Assembly: GCA_007376485.1 (NCBI GenBank)
Contig: VMGJ01000003.1
Location: 17,252 to 81,251 of the forward strand
Reading direction: 5' to 3'
Length of the DNA stretch: 64,000 nt
From: Parcubacteria group bacterium Licking1014_17
GTDB lineage: Bacteria; Patescibacteriota; Minisyncoccia; 2-02-FULL-40-12; IGHO2-01-FULL-4-A
The position numbers were made by a program, and so were the translations under genes. The notes beneath the pieces were generated by a model. That model was not told the origin of the DNA and did no database searches. It was given only the letters and a program-made list of their open reading frames with translations. This document shows, in pieces, positions 1 to 11,273 of the stretch (positions within the stretch are counted from its first letter, which is position 1; every line of letters begins with the position of its first letter).

Positions 1-2
1 GC

Positions 3-1701
<1,699 letters not shown>

Positions 1702-1709
1702 CAATCAAA

Positions 1710-3122
1710 ATGACGAAAAATGAAAAGATCAAAGAGCAGTTTGATAGATTAGCCGACAAAAGGGATTACTGGAAAAATAAAAATCGTTTCTATTACAGCG
1801 TTCTTGAAAGTTTCGTCTCTTTTTTGGTGCCTCAAAATAAACGAGTGCTTGAAGTTGGTTGCGGGACCGGCGATCTTCTGGCAAAATTAAGGCCGAGCCA
1901 TGGCGTGGGTATAGATATAAGCTCGAGAATGGTTGAAATAGCGCGCAGAAAATACCCAGATGGGAATTTGGCTTTCCGGGTAAAAAATGTATCTGAATTA
2001 TCGGAGAAATTCGATTATATCGTGGTATCGGATACAATCGGTTATTTGGATGATGTTGAGGATTTTTTTAGGCAACTACGAAAACTCATTGAGCCGAACG
2101 TACGAGTGGTAATTACCCAATACAGCCAATTATGGGAACCAGTGTTTAATTTGGCATCAGTTGTCAGGATGAGAATGCCTTCGCCAGACCAGAATTGGCT
2201 GTCAAAAAATGATATAGAAAATTTTTTGAGTATCGCCGGGCTTGAAGTTATTAAAAAAGGATCAAAAATTCTCATCCCAAAATACATCCCACTTTTATCG
2301 AAAATATCCAATAGATACCTCGTAAATTTGCCAATTTTTAAGTCTCTCGGAACGGTAAATTATTTCGTTGCCAGACCGGTCTTGTTCAACAAAATACCCA
2401 ATCCCTCGGTTTCGATAATAGTTCCGGCACGTAATGAAGTCGGAACAATAATAGACATAGTTAACGAATTGCCGCAAATCGGGAAAAATACTGAAATTAT
2501 TTTTATCGAGGGTCATTCTACCGACAACACGCTCGATGAGATAAAAAAAGCTTTAGCCATCAAAATTCAGGGTAAATCAATACGCTATGCGGTCCAGGAT
2601 GGCAAGGGCAAGGGCGATGCTGTCAGAAAGGGTTTTGATATGGCTACCGGCGATATATTGGTAATTTACGATGCCGATATGACCGTCCCGCCAAAGGAAG
2701 TAGAAAAATTTTACAGGCTGATAGCTGAAGGATGCTGTGATTTTGCCAATGGTTCCAGGTTGGTTTACCCAATGGAAAAGCAATCAATGAGAACCCTAAA
2801 CTACATTGGTAATAAATTTTTCAGCATTGTATTCAGCTGGCTTTTGGAACAGAAGATAAAGGATACTCTTTGCGGTACCAAGGCGCTTTGGAAAAGAGAC
2901 TACGAGGAAATAAAGAGAAACAGAAAATTTTTCGGCAATTTCGATCCATTCGGAGATTTTGACCTGCTTTTCGGCGCGGCAAAGATAAACTTAAAAATTA
3001 TAGATGTGCCTGTCCATTATCGCGATAGAAAGTACGGCGCCACCAATATCAGTCGGTGGAAGCATGGGTGGTTATTGCTGAAAATGGCTTTTTTTGCCAT
3101 GAAAAAAATTAAATTTATCTAA
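1710..3122 (+). CDS. Class I SAM methyltransferase fused to GT2 (polyprenol-phosphate glycosyltransferase-like)
   Basis: N-terminal VLEVGCGTGD motif I; C-terminal SIIVPARNE, GKGDAVRKG, DADMT and DTLCGTKA motifs. Confidence 0.85.
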   Translation: MTKNEKIKEQFDRLADKRDYWKNKNRFYYSVLESFVSFLVPQNKRVLEVGCGTGDLLAKLRPSHGVGIDISSRMVEIARRKYPDGNLAFRVKNVSELSEKFDYIVVSDTIGYLDDVEDFFRQLRKLIEPNVRVVITQYSQLWEPVFNLASVVRMRMPSPDQNWLSKNDIENFLSIAGLEVIKKGSKILIPKYIPLLSKISNRYLVNLPIFKSLGTVNYFVARPVLFNKIPNPSVSIIVPARNEVGTIIDIVNELPQIGKNTEIIFIEGHSTDNTLDEIKKALAIKIQGKSIRYAVQDGKGKGDAVRKGFDMATGDILVIYDADMTVPPKEVEKFYRLIAEGCCDFANGSRLVYPMEKQSMRTLNYIGNKFFSIVFSWLLEQKIKDTLCGTKALWKRDYEEIKRNRKFFGNFDPFGDFDLLFGAAKINLKIIDVPVHYRDRKYGATNISRWKHGWLLLKMAFFAMKKIKFI

Positions 3123-3123
3123 T

Positions 3124-3798
3124 ATGGAAAGTAGGGATCATTTTGATGCCATAGCCGCAGATTATGATTTTTGGAAAAAAAAGAATTGGTATTACTATGA
3201 AAATCTAAAGAAGATTTTCATAGTAATAATTCCCGAGGGATCAAAAGTACTCGAGATAGGTTGTGGTACGGGCGACATCTTGGCGTCGCTTAAGCCACAA
3301 CAAGGGTTAGGAATCGACATCAGTTACAAAATGGTAGAACTAGCCAACTTGAAATATAAATCCAATAAAAATTTATCTTTCGAAGCAAGGGATATAACAA
3401 AGACAAATGAATTGTTGAATTATCCCTACATTTTAATGGTTGATGTCCTGGAGCACATAGAGAATCTGCAAGACTTTTTCCGACATCTGAATAAAATTAC
3501 ATTAAGCGCTTCAAAAATAATAATCTCCGTGGCGAATCCTTTATGGGAACCTATTCTTTCAATCGCTGAAAAATTAAAACTAAAAATGCCCGAAGGACCT
3601 CACAAAAGGTGGCGATTAAGTGATTTAGAAAATTGGTTTAAAAATTCGGGGTTTTCTATCGTTGATACAAATTATCGCCTATTGATTCCCAAAAAAATAC
3701 CGGCAGCGGACTTTATAAACGCGCGTTTCTATAAACTATCCCTACTGAACCGGCTGGGAATGATCAAATATTGGATATTGAAAAAAAACATTCACTAG
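3124..3798 (+). CDS. Class I SAM-dependent methyltransferase
   Basis: VLEIGCGTGD and DVLEHI motifs; paralogous to the N-terminal domain of the upstream gene. Confidence 0.85.
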   Translation: MESRDHFDAIAADYDFWKKKNWYYYENLKKIFIVIIPEGSKVLEIGCGTGDILASLKPQQGLGIDISYKMVELANLKYKSNKNLSFEARDITKTNELLNYPYILMVDVLEHIENLQDFFRHLNKITLSASKIIISVANPLWEPILSIAEKLKLKMPEGPHKRWRLSDLENWFKNSGFSIVDTNYRLLIPKKIPAADFINARFYKLSLLNRLGMIKYWILKKNIH

Positions 3799-3811
3799 GA
3801 AAGAAATTTTT

Positions 3812-6301
3812 CTACTTTTCCGAGGCAGAGACTGACACTATTGTGTTGTTTTTTAAAAACAAAAATAATAATGTCCCAAATATTATTATGCCTATAATCC
3901 CAAACATAAGATTAATGGCACCCGGCTGATCTTGGTATTTAATTTCAACGATACCCGAACCCTCAGGAATTAAAACACCAAGATATGTAACGTTGCCCAA
4001 AAAAGTTTTCAAAGGTTGTGATGGTGGTACATTGCCATCGCCCCAAAATGCTTTCCAGTATTTATCATATGTTACTGGGAGAATCAGTATGCCTGGTAAA
4101 TCGTTATTTTTGATTTCAATCAATCTGTATCCATCGTCCTTTTTCAAAATTTTAAGTTGCGGAAAATGTTTTGAAATCGTTTCTTGGTTTTTCAAAACCG
4201 GTTCGGTTACTATGGCGAATTCATTGGGATTCCAGTTTGAACTAAAGAAATAAGAAAGCGCTTCATTTCTTTCCGTGATTAATTTTTCCTTACGGACAAA
4301 AGTATATTCCGGATAGTTGGTTTTTCGCTGCCAGAGAGATAGTCGATCCGCCGTGAATAATTTTTCCCACTCGGGGTTACGGATAATTAGGTCTTCGGAA
4401 CCTATTACGGTATTAACCCCATTAAGAACGAAGTAGCGGTTAGTAGCCTCCGAAAATTTAATACTCGGCTCGCTCATTCTGAGAGTCCCCAGGTCATTAT
4501 TTAGATAAGCAACGCTTTTCTTGAATTCATCAAACTTTACGGATGGGTCCAGATTTTTTTCAAAAATAAAACGATGGTAATTAAAAAGATCCGCATAAGA
4601 ACTATACATGGGGTTACGATAGCCGGTTATCGTGGAAAGTCCTAGTTGCAGAGGGCTGTTCTGGTGTACTCTCGCCCCTTTCGGTGTTTGTATCAATGCA
4701 ACTCGATCAATTTCCGGATATTTTTTGACCAAGCTTCCAAACTCGGTTTCCGGATAAAATAATTTGCTTGAATTAATGGCAAATGCCACCGGTGCCGCGC
4801 GTAAAAATAATCGCGCGAAGGAGGGAATTATCAAACTGAGTACAATCAGAAAAGTGGCAATGCTTTTTACCAGTCCTTGATTTGCCTCGGGGTTTTTACG
4901 GCTCAAAATAAACATCCCTAGCAAAAAAATCGCCGAGCTCGCGGAAATATAAATTGCTTCAATTAATATCTGGCGATGGCGAAGGTATCTGAAAACTGCA
5001 AAAACTGGAATAAAGACCACCATATATAACAAGGCGACCCCAATAATCCACTGAGCTCTTTTGCTTAATTGAAACTCCCCCCTTATTAGACTTCGCAAGG
5101 CATAGACGGTGGCAAAACTACCAAGCAAAAAAAACAAACCGGACGCGCGTATTGAAGTTTCTTCCCTAAAAGGACTGCCGATAATAACACTCAGAATAAA
5201 TTGGGTAATTCCGGTAAAATACAGAAGCCAAAAAAGAACCATCGTTGTGTAACCGCGATACCGTCTCCAAAATACATAAATACCGATGAAAAACAGAATC
5301 AAAAAAACTGGACCGGGGCTGAATACGCCGGCTGTGTTAGATCCATAAAGACCATAAAATTGTGAATTCCCGAAAAGAACACTGGTCAACTTGCGGTGGA
5401 ATTTAATCGGTTCGTAGCCAATCCATCCCAAGGGATCAAGGGCATAGTCCTTATGCTTTAACAACTCCGAAAGACTGAGATCGATATTTAGCTTGTTTGA
5501 CACGGAGAGAAACGACAAATGCCTTTCCAGAGAAAAATTTAAAACCAAAGCGGTCGCTCCAAACAAAATTCCAGTGACTATCAGCATAACCAAATACCTC
5601 TTTTTTTCGGCGGCAAAAAAATAGCCGACCCCCAATAATACAAAACATAAGCCAGCATACAAGTACAACTGGAAAAAGGCGGAAAGTAAAATACAAAAAA
5701 ATCCGGCTGTTGCCAGAAAAATAAACAGCCTTTTTCTGAAATAAAAATAAAACTGCACCATTCCTAACGTCGCCATTTCGTAACCGATAAGCGACATATT
5801 GTAGGCATCACCAAGAAAAAAATAAGAACACGTAATAGATAAAAATCCGAAAATAACAGAATAAAATATCTCAAATTTTAGAGAACGGGCTATCAGATAA
5901 CCCAAGGTAAAACTGATAAATAAGTATGCCAGCGCGGAAAAATTGGCACTTGAAGTAGTTGGTAAAAATTTATTGAAAAGACGGGTTAAGGTATGGGCAT
6001 TACCGGTATATCCCGCCGTAATCGGATAGCCGTTCATCACTCTTTCCGTATACGAATTCTGGTAGGAATTTTTGGCAAGATAATCAATTTCACCGGCAAT
6101 GAAATTGCTCTCAAAAATATAATCACCATCGCGCTCTTGGCTGCAATTCACCGGAGGATTCAACGACGACCAGGGATAATAACCTCGGCAATAAATCTGA
6201 TCCACCGGCAAAAATGTTTTGCCGGTTAGGTGCAAAACCGTACCAAACAGAGACAAAACAACAGCAAATAAAAATAAAAAAATAATTTCTTTTCTATACA
6301 T
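3812..6301 (-). CDS. YfhO-like large membrane protein (putative GT-C)
   Basis: Many TM helices, a soluble C-terminal domain with YDKYWKA...GVLIPEG...VEIKY, then a terminal TM, as in the YfhO family. Confidence 0.6.
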   Translation of the reverse strand: MYRKEIIFLFLFAVVLSLFGTVLHLTGKTFLPVDQIYCRGYYPWSSLNPPVNCSQERDGDYIFESNFIAGEIDYLAKNSYQNSYTERVMNGYPITAGYTGNAHTLTRLFNKFLPTTSSANFSALAYLFISFTLGYLIARSLKFEIFYSVIFGFLSITCSYFFLGDAYNMSLIGYEMATLGMVQFYFYFRKRLFIFLATAGFFCILLSAFFQLYLYAGLCFVLLGVGYFFAAEKKRYLVMLIVTGILFGATALVLNFSLERHLSFLSVSNKLNIDLSLSELLKHKDYALDPLGWIGYEPIKFHRKLTSVLFGNSQFYGLYGSNTAGVFSPGPVFLILFFIGIYVFWRRYRGYTTMVLFWLLYFTGITQFILSVIIGSPFREETSIRASGLFFLLGSFATVYALRSLIRGEFQLSKRAQWIIGVALLYMVVFIPVFAVFRYLRHRQILIEAIYISASSAIFLLGMFILSRKNPEANQGLVKSIATFLIVLSLIIPSFARLFLRAAPVAFAINSSKLFYPETEFGSLVKKYPEIDRVALIQTPKGARVHQNSPLQLGLSTITGYRNPMYSSYADLFNYHRFIFEKNLDPSVKFDEFKKSVAYLNNDLGTLRMSEPSIKFSEATNRYFVLNGVNTVIGSEDLIIRNPEWEKLFTADRLSLWQRKTNYPEYTFVRKEKLITERNEALSYFFSSNWNPNEFAIVTEPVLKNQETISKHFPQLKILKKDDGYRLIEIKNNDLPGILILPVTYDKYWKAFWGDGNVPPSQPLKTFLGNVTYLGVLIPEGSGIVEIKYQDQPGAINLMFGIIGIIIFGTLLFLFLKNNTIVSVSASEK

Positions 6302-7007
6302 TCAGGTTTTTTCTTAGGCGGAATATGTATTTTATGGTTCTCCATATGGTTTTCAGCCGCCCCCTGAAACTTGGTGCCGATTTAGAGGTACCGTGCATCC
6401 TCTTTCCAAATTCAACCAGAAAATCTATAATTTCATATTTTTTCGATTTGGCTATGTATAACAAGTAAAGATCCAGTGAAAAATCCGATGGCGGCTTGGA
6501 AAGGTAGGCGACAAATTCACGTCCGAAAAGTTTCGGCTGGGCGTTAATCTCCCTAAAAATCCTGCCAAGAACTATTGAAGAGATAGTCGACATGCCACCA
6601 GTCAGAACAGACTCCAAAAATCTCCTCTCAATACGACGGCCTTTGATGATGCATTTTTTTCCATCCCGAATGTTTTGTAAATATAACTCATAGGCCCTAA
6701 AAACATCTGCCGGATCGGTTTGAAGGTCGGCGTGTGTCCAGCAGATAACATCACCGATAGCGGCTGAAACGCCCGACATGATGGCGCTGCCATAGCCTTT
6801 ATTAACATCGTAACTCACCGCTTTCATGAACGGGAATCTGCCTGATGCCTCCGCCTCTTTAAGACAAACTCCTGTTTGATCTTTTGATCCGTCATTTACG
6901 CAAACAAGTTCAAAATTACGGTTCTTAACAAATTTCAAAAACTCATTTAACACCAGTAACACGTTTTTCTCCTCATTATAAAACGGTATGACTATTGAAA
7001 ATTTCAT
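6294..7007 (-). CDS. GT2 glycosyltransferase, DPM1-like
   Basis: FSIVIPFYNEE, VNDGSKD, NKGYGSA and HADLQTDP motifs. Confidence 0.85.
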   Translation of the reverse strand: MKFSIVIPFYNEEKNVLLVLNEFLKFVKNRNFELVCVNDGSKDQTGVCLKEAEASGRFPFMKAVSYDVNKGYGSAIMSGVSAAIGDVICWTHADLQTDPADVFRAYELYLQNIRDGKKCIIKGRRIERRFLESVLTGGMSTISSIVLGRIFREINAQPKLFGREFVAYLSKPPSDFSLDLYLLYIAKSKKYEIIDFLVEFGKRMHGTSKSAPSFRGRLKTIWRTIKYIFRLRKNLNV

Positions 7008-7777
7008 TTTTTGTTCAGTTTAAAATAATTACTCCAGTATTCATATGTTTTCAGCTCAAACGGCGTGCCCCAGCAAAGAAATTTATCCACGTTGAAGATA
7101 TTTACCTTTAGATTGTTACCAATGGCAACGTTCATGCACTCATCAAGGGAAAATTCCGGCCCGCTTTTTATATTCTCTCTAATCATTTGCTCAATATTGT
7201 CAAAACACAATTTGGCCCTTCTAAACGTAAAGTGGCCGACGACGGCATGGTCCTCAAGTGGTGAATTGCTTATAGGTGTTTTATAGAAAACCCTGACTAC
7301 GCGGCCACTCTTTATTTTTATCCACCCATAGGAGGTTGGACTAATTTCCATGGGAGGATAATGGTTGAAAGACCACACCAACACATCTGACCTTTTTATT
7401 GTGCTATCAAATTTAAATTTGTCATATATCACGCCGCTATCGCAAGTGCCTACGGTTAATATTGATTCAGGATCAATGAGTTTTTTTGCAGCGAGACAGC
7501 TATGGGCTTGACCCTTTAATTCTCCTTTTTGAATTGCAATTTTTGATTTTGGATAATACCGCTTCAGAACCTTATCCAGAGAAAATTCATTGACTTGTTT
7601 TTCTGAAACGATAAAAACCAAATCATCGGCTCGGGGCAGACACCGGGTAGCCGCTACGATCATCGGCACGCCGTCAACGGAGATCAGGGGCTTGAGAACA
7701 TGATAACCGGCATCGCTGAATCTTTTGCCTAAGCCGGCTACCAAGACAAGGTTTGTTTTTGTTTTTTTACCGCTCAT
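7004..7777 (-). CDS. Sugar nucleotidyltransferase-family protein (BcbE-like)
   Basis: AGLGKRFSDAGY..KPLI and C-terminal WGTP motifs. Confidence 0.75.
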   Translation of the reverse strand: MSGKKTKTNLVLVAGLGKRFSDAGYHVLKPLISVDGVPMIVAATRCLPRADDLVFIVSEKQVNEFSLDKVLKRYYPKSKIAIQKGELKGQAHSCLAAKKLIDPESILTVGTCDSGVIYDKFKFDSTIKRSDVLVWSFNHYPPMEISPTSYGWIKIKSGRVVRVFYKTPISNSPLEDHAVVGHFTFRRAKLCFDNIEQMIRENIKSGPEFSLDECMNVAIGNNLKVNIFNVDKFLCWGTPFELKTYEYWSNYFKLNKK

Positions 7778-8537
7778 TGTTATTGTTCAGAAAAAATTCG
7801 GACCAATACAGATAATCCCGCAAATCGCTAGGCGTCCCCCATTGGCAGAAATAATTTATCGGATAGATACCGCAATTCAAACCATCTTTGATCATCTCGT
7901 TATAAACCATGCTTACGTAATATTCGCCGTTTATTTTTTGTTTTTTATTCACTAGTTTCATAAAATACTTTTTCATCATTGCGCCTGATTTAAAATAATA
8001 AGCACCGCAGGAATGCCAGGAATCAAATTTGTTCGGAGTAAAAGAATGTTTTTCCATTATTTCAAGAATTCGGCCTGACGGTTCTGATTTTACGCCAGCG
8101 TAGAAATTATACCTAAGAAGGTGAGGATGAAAACCGGTATAACAGACAACGGCACCATCCAAATTGTCAAAAACAATTTTTCTCTTGAAATGACCAAAAT
8201 CCCAATGCATATTGAAGTCGCAATAATTAACAATAGCCGGTTCTTCGTCGGCAATATTTTTGAAGCATTCGACAATACTTGATACTGGACCGGAGTTTTT
8301 ATAATCAATTAACTGGATTTTGCCGCTCGGACATACTTTTTTAAGAATTTTTTCCAAATTAAAATTTCTTGCGTGGATTTTGTTGCAGATGAATAAAAAG
8401 TTTTTCTCACCCGGAAAAAGACGAATGACGTGTTCTATCATGCACGCGTCGTCAATTTTAATCAGAGGCTTGGGTTTCTTATAGCCCGCCCTGATAAACC
8501 TCTCACTCAAACCTGCCATTGGTATAATAATCTGCAT
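7767..8537 (-). CDS. Sugar nucleotidyltransferase-family protein (BcbE-like)
   Basis: IIIPMAGLSERFIRAGYKKPKPLI, NGEYYVS and WGTPSDL motifs. Confidence 0.8.
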   Translation of the reverse strand: MQIIIPMAGLSERFIRAGYKKPKPLIKIDDACMIEHVIRLFPGEKNFLFICNKIHARNFNLEKILKKVCPSGKIQLIDYKNSGPVSSIVECFKNIADEEPAIVNYCDFNMHWDFGHFKRKIVFDNLDGAVVCYTGFHPHLLRYNFYAGVKSEPSGRILEIMEKHSFTPNKFDSWHSCGAYYFKSGAMMKKYFMKLVNKKQKINGEYYVSMVYNEMIKDGLNCGIYPINYFCQWGTPSDLRDYLYWSEFFLNNNNER

Positions 8538-8541
8538 AATT

Positions 8542-9213
8542 TTAGCCGGCCAAGATCCCGGATAGCGTTATCTTCTTAAATCCAAGTTCTTTGTTAATTA
8601 TTATTGTACGTATGCCTAGTTTTCTTGCGCCAGCGACGTCGCGTTTGCGATTATCACCCACCATCACTACCTGACTTGGCTTAAGCCCACATTTTTTTAG
8701 CGCAACCCTAAAAATAGCCGCCGAGGGCTTATCACCACCAGCTTCTTCCGAAGTAACCACAAAATCAACGAATCTATCCAGAGCCAATTTTGAAATTTTT
8801 TCAAACTGCACTCTGGCTGTCAGGTCGGTGATAACCACCGTCTTCAGTCCAGCCTTTTTTATTGACCGTAAAAATTCCAGGATTCTAGGACGCAGGTGGA
8901 TTTTATCCATGAAGGATTTCCAGAATACGGCTTCGGCCCGCATAACAATTGTTATAGGAGTCAAGTTGGTTAACTCCTCTAAACAACCCTGAATATATAG
9001 AAACCTTGAATGACTTGAGGCCAGTCCTTTAAGATTAGAATGCGTTTTTTTTCTAGCCCTATTATAAGCTGTGGCTATTTTTTTCTGCGGAATATTTAAT
9101 TTGCCGCTTAAATAATCAAACACCGCTTTTCTTCCGGCCGCATCGCACTCAGCGTAAGAATATAAGGTGTCATCTATATCTATAAAAATTCCATTGATTT
9201 TTTTTAATCCCAT
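8542..9213 (-). CDS. HAD-superfamily phosphatase
   Basis: DIDDTLY motif I, ITD motif II, KP and GDNRKRDV motifs III/IV. Confidence 0.9.
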   Translation of the reverse strand: MGLKKINGIFIDIDDTLYSYAECDAAGRKAVFDYLSGKLNIPQKKIATAYNRARKKTHSNLKGLASSHSRFLYIQGCLEELTNLTPITIVMRAEAVFWKSFMDKIHLRPRILEFLRSIKKAGLKTVVITDLTARVQFEKISKLALDRFVDFVVTSEEAGGDKPSAAIFRVALKKCGLKPSQVVMVGDNRKRDVAGARKLGIRTIIINKELGFKKITLSGILAG

Positions 9214-9794
9214 AAATTTCCAAACTTAAGGTCAACCATCACGGCATCTGGAGTGTATTTTAGCTTTTTCAGCTTGCGCCGGTATTTCAAAATGTCATCC
9301 GGCCGCCCCCAGCGATCCGGCGAAACCAAACAGGTTTTAAATCCTGATATTTTATTGATAATTTTCTTATCGAGTGGCAACGTTGTATTTGTGTCAATCC
9401 AGAGCCAGTCTAATTTACTTTTTTGTTTTATCGCCATTTCAACGGGTTCGTCTTCGCTATAACGCACGGCGATTTGCCTTATTCCGCTACGAACGGCACG
9501 GTATAAATATGGAAATTCAACGTCCAAAAGAAAATATTTGCTTTTGGAAATCTTGTGTTTTTGTGCGAGTTTTATACATGTTTGTTCTATACCTGATTCC
9601 TTGATGTTGAAAATCAAAAAAGCATGCTCAAAGTTCTTTAAATATTCATCCAAATCATCACCGTCTCCCGGTTCGTGATTTAAATAAACCTTTCCGCTTC
9701 GATTATCATGTCTAACATCAATTTCCACGCCCCAGTTTCCCGGTACTTTAGCCAAGTCTGCGATTTTATTGATTCGATGCGCTATTTTTATCAT
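9204..9794 (-). CDS. Glycerophosphodiester-phosphodiesterase-like small TIM-barrel protein
   Basis: IAHRIN...GVEIDVR...LNH...NIKE pattern of the GDPD-like fold. Confidence 0.6.
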   Translation of the reverse strand: MIKIAHRINKIADLAKVPGNWGVEIDVRHDNRSGKVYLNHEPGDGDDLDEYLKNFEHAFLIFNIKESGIEQTCIKLAQKHKISKSKYFLLDVEFPYLYRAVRSGIRQIAVRYSEDEPVEMAIKQKSKLDWLWIDTNTTLPLDKKIINKISGFKTCLVSPDRWGRPDDILKYRRKLKKLKYTPDAVMVDLKFGNLWD

Positions 9795-10612
9795 TTTAAT
9801 ATTGCGTATTTATTCTTCCTATATTTTTCCTGGCGCATATTCCGAATTTTTTTCACTTCGCTCGCGGAAAGAAAGTTTGGCGTTTTCCCCAGTTTTGAAA
9901 TTGAATCAAGTATGTAATTATGCGCTGAATATAATTCAAAAAATAATTCTTTTCGCTCCAGGGCAATATCCATCTTATTCTTTGTGAAAAACACGACAGA
10001 ATCCGGAAAAAGATGATTATTAACATCACATCTCTCTTTTAACACTTTAAAGGGAACTATGCCATTTTTCTCCAGATATTTTTTTGCATATAAATCAGTG
10101 ATCATCATTAAATCAAGAGCTTTTTGAGCGCTATTGTGATGTGTTATTAACCCATGATTTTGTAAAACTATAACCGATGGCAATGTTTTGTTTTTACGAA
10201 TGGCCTTTTTTAACTCTCGGCCTATATCGGCCCCCGGCCGCCTGAATCGCAAGAACAAGAAAGGTAACTTTATTATTTTTCTTAATTCCTGCTCGCCATT
10301 CTTCATACAGCTGAAAACATTAATAGACACCGAGTGTGCATGAATAACATATTTAGAATCAATCAGAACATGTAGGAACGTTTCTATTGAAGGGGTGCTG
10401 GAATCACCGTTAGCGACAACGATCATATCTGGTGAGTTTTTAACCTTGATGTAACCGTAATTTTTCCTAATATCGCGCAGGCAAAAACCCGATGCCTTAA
10501 TAACAATATGGCCGTTAGTTTTTATGGATACATTTCCACCCGGACCCTGAACCAGATCCGGCAAGCTCCCAATGTATTTTGAGATTCTAAGAAAATGTTG
10601 CATTTTTACCAT
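9791..10612 (-). CDS. Class II aldolase/adducin family protein
   Basis: GPGGNVSIK, KASG, PSIETFLH, HAHS and LQNHGL motifs. Confidence 0.85.
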   Translation of the reverse strand: MVKMQHFLRISKYIGSLPDLVQGPGGNVSIKTNGHIVIKASGFCLRDIRKNYGYIKVKNSPDMIVVANGDSSTPSIETFLHVLIDSKYVIHAHSVSINVFSCMKNGEQELRKIIKLPFLFLRFRRPGADIGRELKKAIRKNKTLPSVIVLQNHGLITHHNSAQKALDLMMITDLYAKKYLEKNGIVPFKVLKERCDVNNHLFPDSVVFFTKNKMDIALERKELFFELYSAHNYILDSISKLGKTPNFLSASEVKKIRNMRQEKYRKNKYAILK

Positions 10613-11273
10613 TATAAAAGTTATAGAGATAATTTATAAAGAATATCTGATGTACACCCATAAGTCCCGATTCAAACTTGGGGCTACCCTCAACAAGATC
10701 ATTCAGGTTTGGATAAAGCGAATAGGCAACCTTTTCAATTTCAGCCGAATCAACATCACCTTGAATGCATAATTGCTGATAATCAATGGAATGATATTTG
10801 TGTTCGATTTCTAATCTCAGAAGTTTAAGTTCCGCTACGAGGGCGTCTATTTTAATCGAGTTCTTTAGTAAATATCCTAAGGACAAAAAACCGTTTTTGT
10901 CGGTAGTGTAATGAATTGACCAGTCGGCAAATTGTTTTTGAGGATGGATAAATTTTTCCGCATCGGGACGGCGTTTTTCAATTTGTGCGCTAACTGTCTG
11001 GGCTTGATATTTTCTTTCTTTCTGATCACGTAAAATCTTCCATTTCATCCGCAATACCTCGTCTGCTTCCATGTATATTTTAAGATCTGGGAGATTTCTC
11101 ATTTTATCCAGCAAAAAGGTCATCAGACCCTGAAAAACGATGAATTTATTTGGGTGTATTTTAATAGGATCCGTAAATTTCCCGGAATCATGGTCGTAAC
11201 AGACACGATCTATAATTTCCCCGCGCATCAACGTTTCCGCATGTTCGTAATCCGTATGGATATAATTACCCCT
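10587..11273 (-). pseudogene. C-terminal part of a phosphoribulokinase/uridine-kinase domain, out of frame with the upstream gene
   Basis: YDHDSGKF, IYME, WKILRDQKERKY and RRPDAEKFIHPQKQFAD are PRK/UK motifs; joins 11266..13062 if one base of the G5 run at 11274-11278 is removed. Confidence 0.75.
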
